From the NCBI GenBank assembly GCA_963729625.1, contig CAVSOU010000021.1:1-42572 (forward strand): 42,572 nucleotides of DNA, in the 5' to 3' direction. A model generated the notes under the pieces. It saw only the letters and a program-made list of their open reading frames with translations. It ran no database searches and had not been told where the DNA came from. A program made the position numbers and the translations under genes. Source of the DNA: an uncultured bacterium (lineage in GTDB: Bacteria > Chloroflexota > UBA5177 > JANWHV01). Below, in pieces: positions 10,683 through 19,626 of the stretch. Numbering within the stretch: the stretch's first letter is position 1; each line of letters opens with the position of its first letter.

Positions 10683-12335
10683 GTGGGTTCGCGCACAGCT
10701 CGTGGGCAAAGGCGACCACCGGGTGCGTGCAAACGCGAACGGACTGGAGCGCCACGACATGGCTCGCCACGGCACGGCGGCATCGGGCATCTGAATCGGC
10801 ACGGTGGTGGCAAGGCGCCTCCAGCGAGCCGGCTCGAACAGAACCTGCTGCAGGCCTTGCTCGACCATATGCCTGACCTCATTTACTTCAAGGACGCCGA
10901 GTCCCGATTTCTGCGGGTGAACCAGGCACTCGCCGACTACGTCGGGCTGGGTGATCCTGCCGTATTTGCCGGCAAGACCGACTTCGATATATTCCCTGCG
11001 GAGATCGCCAAGGAGCTGTTTGCCGCTGAGCAGCGTATCATCGCGACCGGCGTGCCCAGCGTCGGCGTCCTTGAGGACCATCGCCTGCATGCCCATCGCC
11101 CGTGCTGGCTGCAATCGACCAAGGTGCCCATTGTGGTGGACGGCCGCGTCCAGGGCATTGTGGGCATTTCCCGCGATGTCACCGACTTGCAACTGGCACC
11201 TGAGCGCCTTGAGCGCGAAGCGCTCGTGGAACGCGGCTTGTTGCATACACTCATGGACACCAGTCCCGACTTTATCTACTGCAAGGATCGCGCCTCACGC
11301 TTCATGCAGGTCAATCGCGCTCAGGCGCAGTACTTGGGTGTGCAGGACCCGGCCGAGGCCATCGGCAAGACCGACTTTGACTTCTATGCGTACGACGCGG
11401 CACTGCCGCTCTATACGCTTGAGCAGCGCATCATGGAGGCAGGCCGACCGCTGATCGGCGAGGTGGAGGACCAATCTGGGCGTGCCGGTCAGCCGTGCTG
11501 GCTGCAGTCCACCAAAGTGCCAATCGAGCAGGACGGCCAGATCGTGGGCCTGGTCGGCATCTCGCGGGATATCACCACACTCAAGCGCGCGGAGGAGCTT
11601 CTGGCCCGCGAGGCGGCCGCTGCGGACGAGCTGGCCGAGCTGCGCAGCGGCTTCGTGGCCACGGTGAGCCATGAGCTGCGCACGCCGCTCACGGCGATCG
11701 TGGGATACGCCGAACTCCTCGCCGCACACTGGGCAGAGTTGACCGATGACGCTAAGCAGGAGCGGATCCAGCGCATCGTCGCGGCTGCAAATAGGCAGCG
11801 CGGCCTCGTCGAGCAGTTGCTGCTTCTGAGCCGCCTCGAGCTGGGTGCGCTCACGCCTGTACTCGACCAGGTGGCCATTGGGCCCCTCGCTGAGCGCGCC
11901 GCCGACGAGGTGCGCACGAGCTACCGAGACCAGCAGGTGCAGTGCGCTGGACCTGTCGACGTGCTGGTCTAGGCCGATACCGAGCGCACGCTGCAGGTCA
12001 TGGTGAATCTCATCGACAATGCTGCCAAGTACTCACCCGAAGGCGCCGCCATCGACGTCAGCTGGGCGTGCGATGGTGACCGCGTGCGCGTGTGCGACCA
12101 TGGCACGGGCATCGCGCCCGAACATCGCGCTCGGCTCTTCACGCGCTTCGGACGCATACCCGGCTGCCGGTCCCGCGCGGGCCGCGTCGGCACGGGGCTG
12201 GGACTCTACTTGGGCCGCACCCTAGCGCAGGCGATGGGTGGCGACCTCGACCTGGAATCAAGCGGCGCAGGCGGTAGCGTGTTTGTGTTCACCCTCCCTG
12301 CAGCTGAGATGGGCACGGCCGCGTGTCGGGTGTAA
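10683..12335 (+). pseudogene. two-PAS sensor histidine kinase with one in-frame TAG at 11970-11972
   Basis: Two PAS/PAC repeats (IYFKD..GKTDFD..WLQSTKVPI..VGISRD), H-box VSHELRTPL; after the stop, in the same frame, NLIDNAAKYS, DHGTGI, GTGLGL. Start codon uncertain. Confidence 0.85.
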
Positions 12336-13009
12336 GATGCTGTACGCTGCTGCAGGTGCTCGGTGCGACGCCTGCCGATGGGCGACCTCTCTTCGGCGGC
12401 TTCGGGCTTGGCGCCAGCAGCGGTTCCCTGTAAGCAGCGCGATCGATGCAGGCACGGCGGGGTGCCGTGTGTAGCGCAGCGCGCTCGTCCATCAGCCCTC
12501 CCTTTCGAATTCTGGGGCAGAGTGTGCCCCTGAACTTGTGGCTCGTTACAGGGTAATCCCCTGCTCACGCTTGCCGCTAACGCTGATCGCCACCTGATAG
12601 CCTACCCTGCAACTCTCCGAAGCATGGCATGGCTGCAAGCATTAGAAGACAAAGCCAAATGCACGGCTTGCGCCCGTGGCGTGCTCTTCAATTCAGGCTG
12701 CCGAACGCCCTGCAAGTCAGCTCAAAAGCTACACGACCTCAACGGCCTCGACGTATGGAAATGCAGTCGTCAGATCGACAACCAAGCGGGCACGACGACG
12801 TGCAGCTACCACTTCGCCGCGATCGCGCGGTCGTGTTGCGCGATGACCACGGCGGCTTTGTGTTCGCCATTGAGGAGCGATCGCTCGATGATTGGCTCCC
12901 CGAACGCAGCATGCTCATTAGGGATGGTTGCAGGAATTGTGTAGGTTACTTCTGTCGTCGAGAACTCATTCGGATTGCACCAGAGTACAGTGGAAGCAGG
13001 AGGAAGACA

Positions 13010-13981
13010 ATGCACTATCGGACACTTGGCAAAACAGGATTGCAGGTTTCGGAAATCGGGTTCGGTGCTTGGGGTATTGGTAAGGCGAACTGGCTCGGCG
13101 CAGAGGATGAGGAGTCCCTGCGCGCGCTCAATACGGCAATCGACCTCGGCCTGAACTTCATCGACACGGCGCTGGGCTACGGCAATGGGCATAGTGAGCG
13201 TCTGGTGGGACAGGTTGTACGAGCTCGAAGCGAGCACGTCTACGTAGCGACGAAGGTGCCGCCCAAGAACAGTCAATGGCCGGCGCGCGCAGGGATCCCG
13301 GCTCACGATGCGTTCCCAGCCGACTACGTGGTTGCGCGCGCGGAGGAGAGCCTGCGGAACTTGGGCATGGAGACGGTCGACGTACTGCAATTCCATGTAT
13401 GGTCGCCCGAGTGGCTTGGCCAGGGCGACTGGCTTGAAGCCGTGATGCGGCTCAAGGAGCAGGGCAAGATCCGCTACTTCGGCGTGTCGGTCAACGATCA
13501 TCAACCCGATAGTGCGCTGGGTCTGGTCGAGAGCGGCCACGTCGACACGGTCCAGGTCATCTACAATGTCTTTGATCAGAGCCCTGAAGACCGGCTCCTC
13601 CCGACGTGCCTGGAGCACAACGTGGGCGTCATCGTGCGCGTACCTCTCGACGAAGGCGGGCTCACCGGCAACGTAACGCCGGAAACGACATTTCCGGATG
13701 GTGATTTCAGAAACAGCTACTTTTCAGGCGATCGCAAGCGCGAGGTGTTTGAGCACGTGCAGCGAATCATCGCAGACCTCGGTATAACGCAGGAGCAGCT
13801 TCCGGAGATTGCGTTACGCTTCGTGCTGAGCCATCCGGCCGTCTCCACTATCATCCCGGGCATGCGTACCGTGCGCCACGTGGAGCGAAACTGCGCCCTT
13901 GGCGATAGTCGTGGCTTACCGCAGGAGCAAGTGCTGCAACTCAAAGCCCAGCGATGGGTGCGAAACTACTACGGAGCCTAG
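13010..13981 (+). CDS. aldo/keto reductase
   Basis: [50 protein letters not shown]; RBS AGGAGGAAG. Confidence 0.93.
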   Translation: MHYRTLGKTGLQVSEIGFGAWGIGKANWLGAEDEESLRALNTAIDLGLNFIDTALGYGNGHSERLVGQVVRARSEHVYVATKVPPKNSQWPARAGIPAHDAFPADYVVARAEESLRNLGMETVDVLQFHVWSPEWLGQGDWLEAVMRLKEQGKIRYFGVSVNDHQPDSALGLVESGHVDTVQVIYNVFDQSPEDRLLPTCLEHNVGVIVRVPLDEGGLTGNVTPETTFPDGDFRNSYFSGDRKREVFEHVQRIIADLGITQEQLPEIALRFVLSHPAVSTIIPGMRTVRHVERNCALGDSRGLPQEQVLQLKAQRWVRNYYGA

Positions 13982-14223
13982 TGGTTCGTCAACCAAATTC
14001 CGATCGGTGCCCCGGCCTGGCCCTAAGGGACCATGGCAGGGTCGAGCTTATCATCCCCTGACCCTGGGCCGGGTGGCCCACTATCACGCCGCAAGGCGAG
14101 ATCGGCCTGGACAGGAGCCAGTTCCCCGATGCCGACCATCTGGCCTCGTGGGCGGGCGTGGCCCCCGACAACCAGGTCAGCGCATGGTGGCTTGAGCAGC
14201 CCGTCTCGGCGAGGCCCGCCACC

Positions 14224-14443
14224 CTACCTGTAGAACGCCGTCGGTGTCGGGTTACGCTCGGTGAAGCCGCGCTGGTGCCAAAAGGGATAGATGGTATCGG
14301 TCTCGCTTACAGCATCCAGTCGCGCAACCTGCTCGGCACTCAAAGCCCATCCAACGGCACCAAGATTGTCCCGCAGTTGGTCCTCGTTCCGTGCACCAAT
14401 GATCACGCTGGCCACAGTTGGCCGCTGCAGCAGCCAGTTCATG
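14224..14443 (-). pseudogene. C-terminal fragment of a second aldo/keto reductase
   Basis: NWLLQRPTVASVIIGARNEDQLRDNLGAVGWALSAEQVARLD..YPFWHQ. Confidence 0.75.
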
Positions 14444-14745
14444 GCGCCGATGCCGAGCCCTACTGGCACATCTACCAGCAGGTGGCGGAGCACGCCGGGT
14501 CAACCACGTCCCATGCCGTTCAGAAGCAGTGCCCGCACTTTGGCGTGACCGAGCACCCACTTGATACCTCGCGGCGTGTGGTCGTGCTGGTGAACTACGC
14601 TCCTGCCGAGACCGTCACCACTGTGACCCTCAGCTCGTCCTAGAGCGTCGCCGAGGTCTACTACGGCGATGTGCGCGTCCTCCCGAAGCAACCGGTAGAG
14701 GTGCGCTTGCGCCGGAACGATGCCGCCGTCTTCGCCATCACGTGC
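14440..14745 (+). pseudogene. C-terminal fragment of a probable glycoside hydrolase, with internal TAG at 14641
   Basis: EPYWHIYQQVA...GVTEHPL...VVVLVNY.P...RRNDAAVFAI resembles the tail of beta-galactosidase/mannanase-like proteins. Confidence 0.35.
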
Positions 14746-15049
14746 CGGCCAAACACAGGTTACGATCAATGGGACGGAAAGGGGCTCTACGGCGCTTCTG
14801 GTGCAGTGGTTTGGCTGGGGTAGGCACCAGCAGTGTGGGCAAGCGTCGTGCCGCAATAGAAGGGGTTGTGGACCCGGGTCGGGAGCTGCAGTGTGTGCAT
14901 TCGCCACGTAGGCTGCTGTCCGGATTGCGGAAGGCCGCGGGGGCCGCGGGCGCTGTTGCAGTAGCGCACGCGACTTGAGGCAAGCGTAGGCTGTACTGCA
15001 CCGGAGCGGAGTCGTTCCGGGGGAGAGACGGCCACACGGTGTTGAAGCC

Positions 15050-15112
15050 GCGCGCAAGATCAGCGGCGGCACGCGCAGCCCCGAGGGCTCCAGGGTGCGC
15101 ACGCGTCTGGCC
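15050..15112 (+). pseudogene. micro-fragment of an IS66-family transposase
   Basis: ARKISGGTRSPEGSR matches the IS66 TnpC C-terminal RKISGGTRS motif. Confidence 0.5.
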
Positions 15113-15385
15113 GACGACCTGCTCATCCTCGACGACTTCGCCATGCGCGAGTACAGCATGAGCCAGGCGGAAGACCTCTATGAGATCGTGAGCCGCCGCT
15201 ACCGCCATGGAGCGCTGATCCTGACTGCCAATCGGGAGCCCAAGGACTTCTACCCGCTCTTCCCCAACCCGGTCATCGCGGAAGGGCTCTTGGACCGCTT
15301 GCTCAACAGCGCCTACGTCGTCACCCTGCTCGGCCGCAGCTACCGACCGCGGCTGCGACCGACTACTACCGAGGCTCCCGCATGA
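15113..15385 (+). pseudogene. istB: IS21-family IstB helper ATPase, C-terminal fragment
   Basis: Walker B LLILDDF, LYEIVSRRY, LILTANR, LLDRLLN, GRSYR. Confidence 0.85.
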
Positions 15386-15551
15386 CGGCGTTGACCCGTT
15401 GGCCTTCGTGCCGGCTCAGCCGGGCGCCCCCAAACCGACCGCCTTTCGGCGCGCCGCAGTGGGAGCGCGCTCCCACTGCGAAGATTCTGGTCGCTGCTGG
15501 TCGAGGCAAAGGGTGGCTAATTAACCTGATCGGGCGGGTGGCAAATAAACG

Positions 15552-17340
15552 GGCTCTGAGCCACTTCTGATGCTACCTGGTGAAGCGCTATGCTGGAGCA
15601 GTCTCGCCTCCCGCTCAGCGTACTCCGCTCCTGGAATCCAGCTATGCACCTCAGTACACTCTTCTTTCCGCGGGCACATTACGTACGTGTGCACGATATC
15701 GTCGACGACGGTCACCGGCTGATACTCTTCGCCTCCACGCGTCACACTGCTCGCTGTCCGCGCTGCCGTCACCGCTCCACGCGATTCCATTCACACTACG
15801 AGCGCCAGGCCATCGACCTGCCCTGCCAAGGCCGACCCGTCGTGCTGCGCCTGCACGTCCGCCGCTTTCGCTGCTGGTACGCGCGCTGCCCGGTGCGCAT
15901 CTTCACCGAACGCCTGCCCCGCGTGCTGGCGCCACGGGCACGACGCACCTGTCGGGCGCAGGAGCAGTTGCGCCTGCAGGGCCTGGTCGTCGGCGGCCGG
16001 CCGGGAGCGCGGCACGCGCGCCAGCTTGGCCACGTGGTCAGCGCTCGCACCATTCTGCGTCTGGTGCACTCGATGCCCGTCGAACCCGCCGGCCCGGTCC
16101 GCGTGCTGGGCGTGGACGACTTTGCTTTCCGCCGGGGCCACCGGTACGGCACAGTACTTGTCAATCTGGAAACGCACCGCGTGATTGATCTGCTCCCCGA
16201 TCGCGAGGCCCAGACCCTGGCCACCTGGCTGCGAGACCACCCAGAAGTCGAGGTGGTTTCGCGTGATCGCGCCGGCGCCTATGCGGAGGGTGCTCGCAGC
16301 GGAGCGCCCCAGGCTCAGCAGGTCAGTGATCGCTGGCATCTCCTCCACAGCCTGTCTGAAGCAGTGCAGCGCCATCTGCGGCGACACCATCGCCAACTCG
16401 AGCAGGCCCATGCTGCTCTCCGCGCAGCCACAGGCGTGCAGGAACTCGGTGGCAGTGCTGACGCTGCGCCGCCACTTTCCGCGGCTGAACCGCCGCACGC
16501 GCTGACCCGTACAGGACCCGAGCAACAGATCACCCGAGACCGGCGGCAGGCGCGCAACGAGGCCATTCTCGCGTTGCACCGCCAGGCGGTGCCCATCGCC
16601 GCCATTGCCCGCCAGCTCGGCTTGACGCGGCCAACCGTTCGGCGCGTGGTGCAGGCTGGCGAGGGTGTCCCTGCCCCGCAAGCCGGCTGGAGCGGCATCC
16701 TGCGTGCCTTCGAGTCGTACCTCTGGGCACGCTGGCAACAGGGCTGTACGAATGCCCGCTGCTTGTGGCAGGAAATCGCTGCGCAAGGCTACACCGGCTC
16801 GTATGCGCATCTGCGCCTTGCCCTCCGCTGCTGGCGGACGCGGCCGGCTGCACGCGGACGCCATGCCGCAAATGGCCCGCGACCCGAGTCCGAAGCACTG
16901 CCTGCACCCGTGCGCACCTACTCGCCGCGGCAAACCGCACGCCTGCTGACCGCAGACGCCGCCACGTTGGACCCGGACGAGCGCCTCTTCCTAGCGCAGC
17001 TTCTGGCGAGCGCTCCCAGCTTGGCCGAGGTGCGGCGTCAGGTGCAGACGTTTGGCGCGCTGCTACGCACCGGCACGAGTGCCGCCCTGGCACCCTGGCT
17101 GACCGACGTGGAAGCGCATGGCACCGCGGAACTGCAGAGCTTTGCCCGCGGCATTCGTCGCGATCAGGACGCGGTGGACGCGGCGCTCCGCCTGCCGTGG
17201 AGCAATGGGCCGGTTGAGGGTGCCGTGAACAGGATCAAGGTCATCAAGCGCCAAATGTTTGGCCGCGCCAGCTTCGGCTTACTCCGGACTCGCGTCCTCC
17301 ACCGGGTGTGAGAGAGCAGCATCAGAAGTGGCTCAGAGCC
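15552..17340 (+). mobile_element. complete ISL3-family insertion sequence (1789 bp)
   Basis: Perfect 23-bp IRs GGCTCTGAGCCACTTCTGATGCT (15552-15574 and 17318-17340); 8-bp target duplication AATAAACG (15544-15551 and 17341-17348). Confidence 0.95.
15590..17311 (+). CDS. ISL3-family transposase
   Basis: CPRC..C zinc finger, LGVDDFAFRRGHRYGT, VVSRDR, DRWHL, WSNGPVEGAVNRIKVIKRQMFGRA. Confidence 0.95.
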   Translation: MLEQSRLPLSVLRSWNPAMHLSTLFFPRAHYVRVHDIVDDGHRLILFASTRHTARCPRCRHRSTRFHSHYERQAIDLPCQGRPVVLRLHVRRFRCWYARCPVRIFTERLPRVLAPRARRTCRAQEQLRLQGLVVGGRPGARHARQLGHVVSARTILRLVHSMPVEPAGPVRVLGVDDFAFRRGHRYGTVLVNLETHRVIDLLPDREAQTLATWLRDHPEVEVVSRDRAGAYAEGARSGAPQAQQVSDRWHLLHSLSEAVQRHLRRHHRQLEQAHAALRAATGVQELGGSADAAPPLSAAEPPHALTRTGPEQQITRDRRQARNEAILALHRQAVPIAAIARQLGLTRPTVRRVVQAGEGVPAPQAGWSGILRAFESYLWARWQQGCTNARCLWQEIAAQGYTGSYAHLRLALRCWRTRPAARGRHAANGPRPESEALPAPVRTYSPRQTARLLTADAATLDPDERLFLAQLLASAPSLAEVRRQVQTFGALLRTGTSAALAPWLTDVEAHGTAELQSFARGIRRDQDAVDAALRLPWSNGPVEGAVNRIKVIKRQMFGRASFGLLRTRVLHRV

Positions 17341-17761
17341 AATAAACGTGATCATTGACAGGCTGCATCGTCTCAGGTTGCTGCGGAGACATGGATGGGA
17401 GGTCCGGCTCCGCAATGCCAGCTAAGTACCAGTCCTTCGCGAGGCGATCATGGTCCCGAGCTGCGTCAATCCGCTCCTGAGACCACTGCACCGCCCATCG
17501 CACTCTGTTGAGTCTGATGAAATAGTGGGACCGGCAGGGAAAACTCCAGTTGCCGATCGACGGGTGCAGCGAAATCGTCTTGCCGTCGAAGATCAGCATC
17601 CAGTCAGTCGGCCGCAGCGGCGTGACGACTTTGTTCCTGCAACCACACGGGCACAGGTGGGATGCGGTCGCAAAGCGGATAGAGATGAAGAGCACCCCAT
17701 CGTGCATCTCATCTGGGATGAACTCGACGAATTCGTGCCTGAAAGTGAGTTCCTGCCTCAT
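17333..17761 (-). CDS. DUF6527 family protein (BubB-like putative peptidase); extreme C-terminus derived from IS sequence
   Basis: FVEFIP..GVLFISI.F.TASHLCPCGC..KVVTPL.P.DW..TISLHPSIGNWSFPCRSHYFI; ATGA overlap with the upstream gene's stop. Confidence 0.85.
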   Translation of the reverse strand: MRQELTFRHEFVEFIPDEMHDGVLFISIRFATASHLCPCGCRNKVVTPLRPTDWMLIFDGKTISLHPSIGNWSFPCRSHYFIRLNRVRWAVQWSQERIDAARDHDRLAKDWYLAGIAEPDLPSMSPQQPETMQPVNDHVYWL

Positions 17762-18948
17762 TCGGTTCTGTCTTCGTTCACGATCCCGTTGGTCTCGATG
17801 CTGAACTGGGTGTGATGCTCGGATTTCATGTCCCGGTAAAAGCCGAACAGCTTCTTCCACTTGATGACTGCCAAGGCGGCGTTCAGGGCGTTGAGATCAG
17901 CGATCTGAATGTTACGGTTGTACTCGTTGTTGCCGAGATCGGTGAGGGAGACGCGCTGGCGAAAGTGATCGCGCTGGTTTGGCGTGCTGGTTGTGACCCG
18001 CACAGCACCAGCAAGCATGTCGCCATCCAACCGCACGCCCAAACCAACGTCTATGAACGGCACACCGAACTCCTCAAGCGCCTCAACGATCAACTTCTTG
18101 GACTCGCCACTGTCTACGCAGGCAAAGACGAAGTCCATGCCTTGCAGTTCCGCCACATTGCTCTCATCTAGATGGGTCGGGTGCTCGACGATCCCGGAAT
18201 GCATCTTCGCATAGATGCTCTTGAACCACGTCACCTTTGGCATCTGCGCCTCAAGCTCGGCAAGTGATGGCGCGCCCGGAGACCTGAACGCGTTGTGCTG
18301 GAGATAGATATCCCCGTCATAGAGGTGGATTTCCCACACAGGCGTTTTGGCGACGAGATCGAGCACGTACGATCCCGTGCCGCCCAGTCCCACAATCGCG
18401 ACCCGGTTCATCTTCTTCAGCTTCGCTGTGATAACATCGATTTCAGCCCTGCTTGAAGCGCTGTCGAGGTAGTTGAAGGGCGTTTCTCGCTCCCCTTCTT
18501 CCGGCGTGAGCACCTTGTAGGTTTGTGGCTTGGCCGCTGGATCAATGAGCTGAGCCGGTCCAGCCAGAAGCGCTGCGTAGGTCGCCATCTTGGCATGGTA
18601 GTCCGGATAAGAACCGCGCGGCTTCGGTTTCGCCGAGAACGAATGCTGGATTACCACGCCCTCGGCTAGCGAACGTTCCCCGCTGGTATGTCGTATCTCG
18701 GCGATCTCCGTCCCGTCAGCGTTGCAGGGATATTCCCCGGCGAAATACGCAACGTGGTCGTCGGGTCGCATCGTCTTGTCGCCGGCGAGGACCAGCTTCG
18801 CGACGAGTGTTCCGCGCTGAACCTCCCTGCGGGAATTCACGTATGGAACGCCATGCACCAGCAAATAGCTGGACTTGATCTCCAGTTCGTAGCCCTCGTT
18901 CCGCAGCTTCTGCAGATCCCAGCTACGACTTATCAGTCGGTGTGACAT
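17758..18948 (-). CDS. DUF6791 (E2-like)-ThiF/E1 adenylyltransferase fusion
   Basis: N-domain DLQKLRNEGY..VPYVN..DHVAYFAGEYPC..HSFSAKP; C-domain VAIVGLGGTGSYVLD, LYDGD..HNAFRSPG, FIDVGLG, NIQIADLNALNAALAVIKWKK. Confidence 0.9.
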   Translation of the reverse strand: MSHRLISRSWDLQKLRNEGYELEIKSSYLLVHGVPYVNSRREVQRGTLVAKLVLAGDKTMRPDDHVAYFAGEYPCNADGTEIAEIRHTSGERSLAEGVVIQHSFSAKPKPRGSYPDYHAKMATYAALLAGPAQLIDPAAKPQTYKVLTPEEGERETPFNYLDSASSRAEIDVITAKLKKMNRVAIVGLGGTGSYVLDLVAKTPVWEIHLYDGDIYLQHNAFRSPGAPSLAELEAQMPKVTWFKSIYAKMHSGIVEHPTHLDESNVAELQGMDFVFACVDSGESKKLIVEALEEFGVPFIDVGLGVRLDGDMLAGAVRVTTSTPNQRDHFRQRVSLTDLGNNEYNRNIQIADLNALNAALAVIKWKKLFGFYRDMKSEHHTQFSIETNGIVNEDRTE

Positions 18949-19390
18949 TGAAGATCATCCCTTCCTTGATCCGGACGCTTTGGCCTGGCATGAGGCTTCC
19001 CGCCGGGTTCTGGTGCGGGCCGTCCTCGTATCCCACCGTGAACCGTACATTCGGCCCGGTGGGAGGATTGGGGAAGGCGAGCGCGACAATCTGCTCGTAG
19101 GTGACGGTCTTCGTCGCCACCACTTTCGGCTGTGCATTCACGTAGATCGTGTAGGTCCGCGGCTCCCCGCTGTAAAAATGCTCATCCTCCTTGAGGTGGA
19201 GGGTCTCGGGTCCGTTCGTCACCTCCGAGTCTTCCCGGTCTCCAGTGACTTCGCGAAACAGTTCTAGGCCCGGCCCCACCTTGCCGAGCGCATACAGCGC
19301 CGCGCCTGTCGTCGGTGTGGGCGACTCGTGCGGCGCCTGATCGATATGAATGCGGACATGGCGATGGTCCTCGCGTTCTGTGGTTTCCAT
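18923..19390 (-). CDS. multi-ubiquitin domain protein (two Ubl domains), C-terminus TPTDKS
   Basis: Two beta-grasp-like repeats (VRIHIDQ..TTGAALYALG..EHFYS; YTIYVNAQPK..VTYEQIVALAF..GSLMPGQSVRIKEGMIFNV); RBS AGGAGG at 19400-19405. Confidence 0.88.
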   Translation of the reverse strand: METTEREDHRHVRIHIDQAPHESPTPTTGAALYALGKVGPGLELFREVTGDREDSEVTNGPETLHLKEDEHFYSGEPRTYTIYVNAQPKVVATKTVTYEQIVALAFPNPPTGPNVRFTVGYEDGPHQNPAGSLMPGQSVRIKEGMIFNVTPTDKS

Positions 19391-19572
19391 GATGTGAGGC
19401 CTCCTGACCTCCTTGATTCGCGCATGAGAAGGCATGGGCGTTCCCTGGTCGCCCAAAAATGGGATGCAGCATCCAAAGGTTCGATGAGAAGCCGAAGTGG
19501 GGCGAGACGTGGGCTACGCGCCGGCTCGAGCCTGCCTGCCTCGGAGATCAGCTTGCGCGACCTCTGGGAATA

Positions 19573-19608
19573 GTTTACAATACATATTGCTTGAGGTCAA
19601 CTGTAAAC
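19573..19608. promoter_or_regulatory. inverted repeat GTTTACA-N22-TGTAAAC in an AT-rich divergent promoter; candidate operator
   Basis: GTTTACA at 19573-19579 and TGTAAAC at 19602-19608, just upstream of the HTH gene RBS. Confidence 0.55.
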
Positions 19609-19626
19609 CGCAAGAGGGAGAATGGG

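Larger units (their letters stand above)
15113..17360 (+). mobile_element. IS21-family remnant (right end) interrupted by ISL3
   Basis: Removing the ISL3 and one target duplication copy restores GGGTGGCTAATTAACCTGATC-GGGC-GGGTGGCAAATAAACGTGATCATTGACA: two related repeats ending in CA at 17360, downstream of istB. Confidence 0.75.

Noticed and set aside
12629-13009. N-terminal extensions of the AKR and likewise of ORFs starting at 5434, 19459, 27790 and 34722
   Set aside because: Family similarity, and in most cases an RBS, begins at downstream ATGs (13010, 5596, 19627, 27907, 34419).
17333-19390. CBASS type II, Bil, or thiamine/molybdopterin sulfur-transfer operon
   Set aside because: No CD-NTase, no JAB peptidase, no Gly-Gly sulfur carrier and no thi/moa genes.
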